NCBI GenBank assembly: GCA_018401115.1
Contig: JAGYKX010000007.1
Coordinates: forward strand, 314,815-378,814
Direction: 5' to 3'
DNA: 64,000 nt
From: Flavobacteriaceae bacterium
GTDB lineage: Bacteria > Bacteroidota > Bacteroidia > Flavobacteriales > Flavobacteriaceae
Every line of letters begins with the position of its first letter. Within the stretch, counting starts at the first letter, position 1. The translations under genes and the position numbers were made by a program. The notes beneath the pieces were generated by a model. It saw nothing but the letters and a program-made list of their open reading frames with translations, was not told the origin of the DNA and ran no database searches. Positions 29,778-38,383 of this stretch are shown in pieces.

Positions 29778-31139
29778 ATGTTTAAAAAAAGACTATTTCT
29801 ATTCTTGCTTTTTAGCCTTCCTGTTCTTGGTCAAGAAATTGTTTTTAAAATTTCCGACCAAGAACTCACAACGCTAGACAAGGAAAAAGGATTGCTACTT
29901 CAATTCTCAGGAGATAGTTTAACTACAATCGATATAGAAGCTTTTAAAATAAAAAGCAAAACCGCTTTAAAATTACCTCCAGAATTTACATTTATTGACT
30001 ATCGTCCTATTTGGCAAAACAAGGCTTTATTGTTCACTGAAAAAGACGGAGGAAAGGTTTATGCTTTTGAAAATGACAGTTTAATTAGAATAGACCGTTC
30101 GGACATTGTTCACTGGCAATCCTTTAGTAGTTTGTTCAATAGAAACGACAGCATTTATAAATACGGTGGTTATGCTTACTGGACTACTTCAAACGCGCTC
30201 ACCTATTTAAACCCAATCTCAAAAGGCTGGGAGGTTATTTCTTTTAAAAGCAAAGAAGTTCCTCAAAGCGCCTACAATCAAATTCATCATTTAGGTAAAT
30301 CAGATTTATTCATATTTGGCGGCTATCATGTAAATGACCATGATCGGTTAAACTATATTCATGTGAATGCCGTATGGTCGTATCATTTTAAATCAAAAAG
30401 CTGGAAATATTTAGGAGAGTGCGATATTAAAGATATTGCGTCTTACAAAAAAATAAATGGAGATTTTAAAGAAACATTTGAGGTGTTTAGCGCCCAAAGG
30501 GGCTTAATTAAAATTGACCCGTACAATAACATAGTCACCTATTATAAAGAAAATCCTCTGTATTTTAATGTGGCTATAAGCCAAAACCTTCCCGTGTTTA
30601 AACACAATGGATTCTATTACTACTACAACAGTAATGACCAAGATCTTGTGTTCACAAAAGTTGCTGAAAGTAAATTTGTTCCAAAAGAAACCAATAGTGG
30701 AGCTTTGTTTGTAAACAAAACAAATAAGTATTTGTTGCTAGGTACATCTATCTTTCTAATATTTACATTGGGGCTTTTCTGGTGGCTTTTGAAAAAAACA
30801 AAAAAGAAGAAAAAGACCCTCTTAGTTTTTGAGCACAAAATAAGCTTGAACAAAAAAGAAACTTTTTTGGAGCCTGAAGAGCACCTCATTTTAAAAACAC
30901 TGATTTCAAAAAAAACCTTAGAATCTGCACAGCTAATTTCTCTAATTTACAACGAAAACCTCACCAAATCTCATAATGAGAAAATTAAAAACAACCTAAT
31001 AGAGTCTTTAAACCTAAAACTTTCTTATGTATTAGGTGTGGAAAAAACGCCTATTGTAAGCGAAAAATCATTGGAAGATAAGAGAATTAGGGTCTACAGC
31101 TTAAAAGTGCCTCAAATCATAGTTCGTTTAGAAAAATAA
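29778..31139 (+). CDS. Membrane-anchored protein: signal peptide, beta-propeller-like (Kelch-like) exodomain, one TM helix, poly-Lys stop-transfer, C-terminal DNA-binding-like domain
   Basis: MFKKRLFLFLLFSLPVLGQE signal peptide; repeated GG-Y/W blocks (YKYGGYAYW, IFGGYHV); TM YLLLGTSIFLIFTLGLFWWLL followed by KKTKKKKKT; about 110-aa tail with a helix-rich winged-helix-like pattern. Confidence 0.45.
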   Translation: MFKKRLFLFLLFSLPVLGQEIVFKISDQELTTLDKEKGLLLQFSGDSLTTIDIEAFKIKSKTALKLPPEFTFIDYRPIWQNKALLFTEKDGGKVYAFENDSLIRIDRSDIVHWQSFSSLFNRNDSIYKYGGYAYWTTSNALTYLNPISKGWEVISFKSKEVPQSAYNQIHHLGKSDLFIFGGYHVNDHDRLNYIHVNAVWSYHFKSKSWKYLGECDIKDIASYKKINGDFKETFEVFSAQRGLIKIDPYNNIVTYYKENPLYFNVAISQNLPVFKHNGFYYYYNSNDQDLVFTKVAESKFVPKETNSGALFVNKTNKYLLLGTSIFLIFTLGLFWWLLKKTKKKKKTLLVFEHKISLNKKETFLEPEEHLILKTLISKKTLESAQLISLIYNENLTKSHNEKIKNNLIESLNLKLSYVLGVEKTPIVSEKSLEDKRIRVYSLKVPQIIVRLEK

Positions 31140-31192
31140 AAAGCCTCAAATATTTATCAATACCTTAGTAGCAAAGATAATTACTACGATTA

Positions 31193-33254
31193 ATGGTTTC
31201 TAAATTACGCTTTGCATTCGCTTTATTTTTTGCTTTTTCAGTCTATAATATTATATACAGCCAAGACCACAGCGAAAAAGCCAAAGACACTACTGCTTTA
31301 AACGAAGTGGTGCTAACTGCCTCATTAATTACAACAAATTTATTAGACGCTCCTACTGCTTCTAGTTTTGTGAATGCCAAAAAAATTCATGAAACGACCC
31401 CCCAACTATCCCTAAAAGAATATCTGGGTCAGGTGCCTGGTTTATTTGCCCAAAACCAATACAACTACAACCAAGACTTGCGAATCTCTATTAGAGGTTT
31501 TGGGGCAAGGGCCTCATTTGGTATAAGGGGTGTGTTTCTAAATATAGACGGTATACCAGAAACCACTCCAGACGGACAAAGCCAATTAGACAATATACCA
31601 ATTGGTATTATATCTAATATTGAAGTGCTCAGAGGGCCTAGCAGTGCGCTATATGGCAACGCCGCTGGTGGAGTAATTTTAATGAGCACCCAGGAAGACT
31701 TGGGAGCAAACACCTTAAAATTTAGGGCCATGGGCGGGGCGTTTGGATTGGCTGCTTCTCAGCTAACGGTTGCTTTAGGAGAGAATAAATTTAAATCTCT
31801 TTGGCATTTTAACCATAGTGTCTCAGAGGGATATAGAGCGCTTGAGTGGATTTAAACAAAGCCAATTAAATGGAACATTTACATATCAATTGGCCAAAAA
31901 TCAATCCTTAAAAGGACAGTTCAATTACACTGACAGCCCCTATGCAAATGACCCTGGTAGTTTAAGCCTAAAACAAGTTACAAACGGGAGAAGGTTGGCA
32001 AGAGAGGCTAATATTGTTTACCAAACAACAGAAAAAATAAATCATTTAAAATTTGGTTTAAGCCACCAATACGCTCCTAATAAGAAGGGTATTGATGCTT
32101 TAAACAATGCCTTTGAAATAAACTCCTATGCCTTTTTTGCCCAAAGAAACTTTCTAGGGCTATTGCCTTTTTTAAATGGTGGCGTCTCTGCATTTAAAAG
32201 AAACTATTACGGACTTGGCTCAAAGGCCGTTTTTAAAGGAGAAAACAAGCGAACAGTTGGTTGTGGGAATAGGTCATGCTTTGCAAAGCGACCTTAGAAG
32301 TAGATTTCAAAATGAAAGAGGTGTTGTTGGTACATTGGTCGGGCAACAAAATGAGGTTTTTCCAACAGTCATGGGTTTATCACTGGTAAAATTCCCTTTC
32401 AAAATTGGATGCTTAGCGCTGCTTTAAGGACAGACCTCATCCATATAGAAATGGACACAAACCAAAAAAGAAATTTTACCGCCTTAAGCCCAACAGCCGC
32501 ATTAGGCAGAAAAATAGGTATTAATCAATATATAAGCTTCTCCTATGCGCAGAGTTTCGAAACCCCTACCCTAAGTGAGTTGAGCAATGCACCAGACGGG
32601 AGCCTGGGTTTTAACGAAACCCTAGATCCAGTAAAATCAAATAATATAGAATTAACCTACAGGGGCAAGCACTTCATAAAAAACGACTACAAATTAAATT
32701 GGGAGATCAGTGGTTTTATAAGTGATTCAAATGGAGAAATTTTGCCTTTTGAGTTGCCTGAATTTCCACAGAGACAATTTTTCAAAAATAGTGGCGAAAC
32801 AAAAAGAAAGGGTGTCGAGGCAATGGTCACATTAATCGGAAATATACTGGAATGGAACAATTCAGCAACCTTTGCAAACTACACCTTTAAAGAAAACACA
32901 GAAATTACTGCACTGTCAGGAAAGAAGATTCCTGGCATTCCAAGCCATCATTTTAATTCACAAATACAGTTAAAATTTCGTAGTCAACTTAATATACGAT
33001 TAGAGTATCAGCATATAGGATCCTTAATGGCCAACAATAACAACAGTGTAAAAGTCGCTCCATATAGCGTATTAAATCTTTCAGGCGTAAAACAACTGCC
33101 TTTAAAAGATGGCGCCCTCAAGCTTTTTGCTGGTATTAACAACCTGACGAATAGTCTTTATTTTGACAATATTAGAATTAATGCTTTTGGAGGAAGATTT
33201 TACGAAGCCGCGCCAACGAGACACCTTTATATGGGAATAGAATTGTCTTTATAA
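31193..33254 (+). pseudogene. TonB-dependent receptor broken into four ORFs
   Basis: ORFs 31193..31855 (plug: DAPTASSFV, RGPSSALYGN), 31818..32297, 32176..32427 and 32409..33254 (C-terminal barrel ending ...HLYMGIELSL) tile one about 700-aa TBDR in three different frames. Confidence 0.8.
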
Positions 33255-33380
33255 GCAGACAAAAACACAAGGAAGCATTTTTTTTATTAATTTAATGGCT
33301 ATAAAAGATTACTGTCCTTCCGTAGGACAAACTATTTGTTGCGGAATTATTTTAATAACCACCAAACACTTTTCACATTC

Positions 33381-34814
33381 ATGAAAACAAAAAACAACAG
33401 AAGAGATTTTATTAAAAAAAGTACCTTAATAGGCACTGGATTCTATATTGTGCCAAGGCATGTTTTAGGAGGTACTGGCTTTACCGCCCCTAGTGACCAA
33501 CTGGTCGTTGGTGCAATTGGTGCCGGTGGAAAAGGCGGCTCTGATATAAACAACGCATACAATGAGGGTAAAAATAGGGTTGCGGCACTTTGTGATGTAG
33601 ATCCTGCTATGGCAAAAAACGCTATGGAAAGACACGAGGGAGCTGCTTTTTTTCATGATTTTAGAAAAATGCTAGACCAGCAAAAAGACCTAGATGCTGT
33701 GACCATTTCAACGCCAGATCATACCCATGCAATCATTGCCCATGAGGCCATGATGCGTAATTTACATGTGTATGTTCAAAAACCATTGACCCATACCATA
33801 GCAGAAGCTAGGCACTTAACTCATTTAGCGAGAAAACAACAGGTGGTTACTCAAATGGGAAACCAAGGAGGCTCTTCTTTGGGGGTGGTTAAAATCAAAG
33901 AATGGATAGACGGAAATGCCATAGGAGACGTTAAAAAAGTATTTATTTGGACCAACAGACCTGTATGGCCTCAAGGAAAAGGGGCGCCTGAGGCAAACCC
34001 TTCTAAAAAACCACAGGGCTTGGATTGGGATCTATGGCTTGGCCCAGCATCTAATAAAGAATACACTCCAGGATTGCACCCATTTGATTGGAGGGGGTTT
34101 TGGGAATACGGAACTGGAGCCCTTGGAGATATGGGTTGTCATTTACTAGATGTTCCTTACAAAGTATTGAATCTGGGATACCCTACAGGAGTGCAATGTA
34201 GTGTTGCCAATATTTACTCTAGAATGTGGACCCCAGACTACGTCCCCGACGGATGTCCAGTAGCTTCTAAAGTAACCATTGATTTTCCTAGTAAAATTGC
34301 AGGACAATCAGGGGTTGAATTAGAATGGACAGACGGGGGCATTACGCCAGCTATTCCAGATGAAATTAGCGATTACTACTCCGCTTCTAGCAGTGGGGTA
34401 ATGATGATGGGTTCTGAAGGTATTATTACCTGTACCGACTACGGAAACAATCCTATTTTATTTAAAAAAGGTATGGAACCTCAGCCATTTGACACCAGTG
34501 TACAAGGCAACTTAGACGCCCTTCATAACGCCGCTTGGACAGAGGCTTGTAAGGCTGGATTTAATTCTGACAAACACAAAGCGCTTACTTCTTCTTTTGA
34601 TTATGCAGGACCATTTACTGAGACGGTATTAATGGGTAATATAGCCATTAGAAGCCATATGCTCAGAAAAGAAAATGAAGCAGGTAATATGGAGTTCTAC
34701 GGAAGGAAAAAGTTGCGTTGGGATGGAGAAAATATGCGCATCACCAATTTCGAAGACGCCAACCAATTTGTTACAAAGCCTTACAGAGAAGGCTGGAGTA
34801 TCCAAGGTCTATAA
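33381..34814 (+). CDS. Gfo/Idh/MocA family oxidoreductase with a twin-arginine signal
   Basis: Start trimmed to ATG 33381. MKTKNNRRDFIKKSTLIGTG Tat motif, GAIGAGGKG Rossmann, EKPL-like QKPL. Confidence 0.85.
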   Translation: MKTKNNRRDFIKKSTLIGTGFYIVPRHVLGGTGFTAPSDQLVVGAIGAGGKGGSDINNAYNEGKNRVAALCDVDPAMAKNAMERHEGAAFFHDFRKMLDQQKDLDAVTISTPDHTHAIIAHEAMMRNLHVYVQKPLTHTIAEARHLTHLARKQQVVTQMGNQGGSSLGVVKIKEWIDGNAIGDVKKVFIWTNRPVWPQGKGAPEANPSKKPQGLDWDLWLGPASNKEYTPGLHPFDWRGFWEYGTGALGDMGCHLLDVPYKVLNLGYPTGVQCSVANIYSRMWTPDYVPDGCPVASKVTIDFPSKIAGQSGVELEWTDGGITPAIPDEISDYYSASSSGVMMMGSEGIITCTDYGNNPILFKKGMEPQPFDTSVQGNLDALHNAAWTEACKAGFNSDKHKALTSSFDYAGPFTETVLMGNIAIRSHMLRKENEAGNMEFYGRKKLRWDGENMRITNFEDANQFVTKPYREGWSIQGL

Positions 34815-34816
34815 GA

Positions 34817-34848
34817 CAAAAACCCCAGCCAGTGCTGGGGGTTTTTTT
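34817..34848. terminator. Bidirectional stem-loop terminator between convergent genes
   Basis: aaaaaccccagc-cagt-gctgggggttttttt. Confidence 0.75.
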
Positions 34849-34883
34849 ATGAAAAAGGGGGAATGCTAATGAAAGTGTTTTTT

Positions 34884-37397
34884 TTATTCAGAAGGCACCT
34901 CTATATGGTTTCCTAAAAATATAGCATTTAAGAAAAGCCTATTCATTCCGTAATTCACCCCTCTGAAATTAGGGTTGTCTGCAAACATCACCACACGACC
35001 ACTACCTTTAGGGCTCACAATGAGTGAAGCGCTTTTAGGTAAAAAAACACGACTGTTTTTTGGTGAAATATAGCCGTCTAAATGTGGATTGTCTGCATAA
35101 TCTATCACTGTACCATAGGCGCTTTTCGAAGGTGACAGCCAAACCTCATTGTTTTTATACAAAGCAATTCTAGACTGATCGTAACCAAATCCAAGCGGAT
35201 GGGTCAAATCTATATCACCCTTTAAAAATACCCCGCCTAAAGCTTCTCTCCCTATATTTTCTCCAGCGTCTACATAGGGTTTTCTCTGTACTATTTCAGT
35301 GGAGTCTGAGGGGGCCTTAATCAGTTTTTCATTTACAAATTTAGTGTTCACCGCCCACGAAGAACCGCTGCCAATGGTGATTAAAGTGTTTCCTTTAGAC
35401 ACCCAATCATAAAGTTTTTTTGTAAACCGCTCAGACAATGCATACCGGCCAGAGACCATCACTAAAATATTGTAGGCATCTAATGAAACACGGTCTAAAT
35501 TTCTGATAGGTAATTTACTAATAGGCATACCCACGCGAGTGTCCAACAAATGCCAAATCTCTCCTGCTTCATATGAAGAAGTGCCATTCCCAATAATCAT
35601 AGCAGCTTTAGGTACTTGTAGTGGGCGTACATTCCTACTTCCTAAATCTACTCCTGAAAGACTTAAACCAGATTGCACTGCAGACACTGAAACCCCTAAT
35701 TTATTAGGTAAGTCTGCCATAAGGGTAGCTAAACTGTCCTTTGAGATTTTTTGTAATGCCACAGGAATCATCAGGGATCCGTACGAAAAAGACTTTGCGC
35801 CGTCTGAAGTAGACACTTTAAAAGGCTTAAAAGCTGCTGAAAGCACTACGCCATTTTTTTGTAAATGAGCTATGGCTGAAGGTACATTGTAATCTCTAGC
35901 CTCAATAGCATACGCATAGTCTGAAGGGACAAAATCAGATACTTTTACTAAGTCTGCTTCCTTTAATGGGCTGCCCAACTTAGGGAGTTTGGTGAGGGGC
36001 TTATAAGAAATATTAAAAAAATTGGCCACAGACCAAGCGCTTGCGTCGTAATAAACAGAGTCCCTGTATTTATTGTAGGTCTCAAAGAAACTCTGAACCA
36101 TTCGGTATTGCGCCTGAGCGGTAGGCACTACATATTGATCTTTTTCGGTCTCATACACAGAGATCTTATGGGTATTTAATTTCCCAATAAAAGCCTTGGC
36201 TAGGTTTTGATCCGTTTCTTTAAAAGAGTAGCCCTTAATTTTACTAGCTGCTGCATTTGAAAAAGCACTCTTAAAAAAATCCCGCTGATACGCCTGAAGC
36301 ATAGCAGCATTTTCTACTGCTGCTTTCACCGTTGTAATACTAGAAACGTATTGGTTTCTGATTGTAAAAGGAAAGGTAATTTCCCCAAAAGCTGTAGTTT
36401 GTTTTAAACCCCTTGAACTGGCTTGTTCAAACAACAAGGCCAAAGCGCCTTGAAGATCTGGATAGGAAGAGCCGTATCCTGGATATGTGCCGTCAAAAGC
36501 TTCTTTGGTAAAGTACAAAGACCCTATGCTGTCTAGGGCTTTTGAAAAATAACTTCCAAAAAGATCATTTAAGGTGGTATAGTTTTCTTTGGGCATAATG
36601 GGGTCCCAAGAAGCGTTGGGCTTCATGGGCTCAAAAAAATAGGTACTTTGGCTGCCCATTTCGTGAAAATCAGTCACCACATTGGGGTACCATTCATGCG
36701 ACCAGGCCACCTTTCCTTGGCTTTCAGGATTTACGGTTAACAACCAGTCTCGGTTGAGGTCAAACCAGTAATGGTTGGTTCTACCCCCAGGCCAATATTC
36801 ATTGTGCTCTGCATCTTGAGGATCTGCTACCAAGGGACGCCCTTTATAGGTATTGGCCCACTGGGTGTGCCTATCTCTACCATCTGGATTGATCGTTGGA
36901 TCTATAAAAATAACGGCGTTCTCTAGGTATTTTTCTATCTCAGCATTTTTAGAGGCCACAAACGTATAAGCCGCCAAAAGCGCCGCCTCTGAACTGGATG
37001 GTTCGTTTCCGTGTACGTTGTAAGCTAGGTTTATAATCAACGGAAGCGCTTTGTCTTTTGGTGCTTCCCCGCTTTTTACAGAAGCTATATGCGCTGCTTT
37101 AATTTCCGACAATCTAGCGAGGTTTTCAGGGCTACTCACCACTAAAAAAGCCAGTTTTCTCCCTTCGTGTGTTTTTCCGTAGGGCATGATTTGAGCGCGG
37201 TCAGATCCCGCTGCCAATTGTTCTAAATACCCCACGATTAGATCATGACGGCTGTGTTGGCTGCCAATGTCGTATCCTAGAAAAGACGCTGGAGAAGGCA
37301 CCTCCTGACTAAAAGGTGCATATTTTTCATAAAAATAGTCTTGGCCAAAAGCCATACTACTGCAACACAACAGCAGGGTAAATAATCTCAATAACAT
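34884..37397 (-). CDS. Secreted M14-family zinc carboxypeptidase-like protein (large, multi-domain)
   Basis: 837 aa with signal peptide MLLRLFTLLLCCSSMAFGQ and the NVHGNEPSSSEA (HxxE zinc-ligand context) of M14. Confidence 0.75.
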   Translation of the reverse strand: MLLRLFTLLLCCSSMAFGQDYFYEKYAPFSQEVPSPASFLGYDIGSQHSRHDLIVGYLEQLAAGSDRAQIMPYGKTHEGRKLAFLVVSSPENLARLSEIKAAHIASVKSGEAPKDKALPLIINLAYNVHGNEPSSSEAALLAAYTFVASKNAEIEKYLENAVIFIDPTINPDGRDRHTQWANTYKGRPLVADPQDAEHNEYWPGGRTNHYWFDLNRDWLLTVNPESQGKVAWSHEWYPNVVTDFHEMGSQSTYFFEPMKPNASWDPIMPKENYTTLNDLFGSYFSKALDSIGSLYFTKEAFDGTYPGYGSSYPDLQGALALLFEQASSRGLKQTTAFGEITFPFTIRNQYVSSITTVKAAVENAAMLQAYQRDFFKSAFSNAAASKIKGYSFKETDQNLAKAFIGKLNTHKISVYETEKDQYVVPTAQAQYRMVQSFFETYNKYRDSVYYDASAWSVANFFNISYKPLTKLPKLGSPLKEADLVKVSDFVPSDYAYAIEARDYNVPSAIAHLQKNGVVLSAAFKPFKVSTSDGAKSFSYGSLMIPVALQKISKDSLATLMADLPNKLGVSVSAVQSGLSLSGVDLGSRNVRPLQVPKAAMIIGNGTSSYEAGEIWHLLDTRVGMPISKLPIRNLDRVSLDAYNILVMVSGRYALSERFTKKLYDWVSKGNTLITIGSGSSWAVNTKFVNEKLIKAPSDSTEIVQRKPYVDAGENIGREALGGVFLKGDIDLTHPLGFGYDQSRIALYKNNEVWLSPSKSAYGTVIDYADNPHLDGYISPKNSRVFLPKSASLIVSPKGSGRVVMFADNPNFRGVNYGMNRLFLNAIFLGNHIEVPSE

Positions 37398-37489
37398 AAG
37401 AAAGGGTTTAAAGTTTTACCCTTTAAAGATACCAAAGAATTTTTGCTTAATCTCCTTTCAACTGTTATGAAACACGATAGGATAGAAAC

Positions 37490-38206
37490 CTAAAATAAAG
37501 ATCGGCTATCGGTCACTAAATTACTCCCTTTAAAATGGCCCTTGTCAAAATGTAATCTATTTGCTTTTACCGCTATAGGAAAGGGCATTTTACCCTCCGA
37601 TACAAGCTTTAATACTTTGTTGTTTTTCTTAAAAGTATTGAGTTTTCCGTCTGTTTTTTTATCTAACTTTAATATTAGCGAAGGAGATATTTCAATATCT
37701 GTCTCTATGGTAATCACGAGATTCTTAGCCCACAAAACCCCTGAAATTAGTAAAATTTGATCCTTGTTTGCGTGAGAAAACAGGCTGGGATTGGGATGTA
37801 AATAATCTGCCTGATGTAAATAATTTTCCAAACTCCCCATCACCAATTCCTCAGACTCTGACCCTTCATATGAAATGCTTAAAGATTTTCCAGAGGTAAT
37901 CAGGGTTTCCAAAGAGAGGTTTCCAAGCCCAAAAGCACTTAAAAGCGGTTCCAACAAAGACATTCCCATATTAAACATATATTCGTTTTTATACCTAGAA
38001 GACACTTTTAATGCGCTGTTCTCAGATACCTCAAGGGACTTTTTGGATTCAAATGCATGATTTATGTGAGTATAATACAACTCAATAGGGTTAGCGGGAA
38101 CTTTAAGCCACAACTGCAATAATTTATAACTTCTAATTGGCCCGCCAAGCAGGTCATATCCGTGTTCCCTTAGGTTTTTACTCAAATTTGATTGTAACAT
38201 ATTCAT
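37490..38206 (-). CDS. Hypothetical protein resembling bacterial gasdermin (bGSDM)
   Basis: 238 aa, and the gene is visibly more AT-rich than its neighbours. Blocks L-x3-GYDLL..P....LLQL, MGMSLLEPLLSAFGLGNLSLE, SLSISYEGSESEELVMGSLENYLHQAD and PFPIAVKANRLHFDKGHF occur in the order I recall for bGSDM proteins. Not HMM-verified. Confidence 0.35.
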   Translation of the reverse strand: MNMLQSNLSKNLREHGYDLLGGPIRSYKLLQLWLKVPANPIELYYTHINHAFESKKSLEVSENSALKVSSRYKNEYMFNMGMSLLEPLLSAFGLGNLSLETLITSGKSLSISYEGSESEELVMGSLENYLHQADYLHPNPSLFSHANKDQILLISGVLWAKNLVITIETDIEISPSLILKLDKKTDGKLNTFKKNNKVLKLVSEGKMPFPIAVKANRLHFDKGHFKGSNLVTDSRSLF

Positions 38207-38383
38207 TTTTTTAACGCTTTACCGCATTTGATTTAAAGATACCTTAAAATCCTGCTTTTTGTCTTTTTGTGTCATTAATCCGAAATAAATGGTCTTTGGC
38301 CGATGTTTTTTTGCATGCACTAATTCATTATCTTTAGGTACTTAACAATTTCCCTAGGTAGGAAAATCAAAAAAAACCAACTC

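Noticed and set aside
37398-37489. TAG read-through extension of the gasdermin-like ORF, which would add 33 codons and supply a longer inhibitory tail
   Set aside because: The extension sequence (VSILSCFITVERRLSKNSLVSLKGKTLNPFLCY) has no resemblance to anything expected. It overlaps the M14 start region, and there is no evidence for suppression in this lineage.
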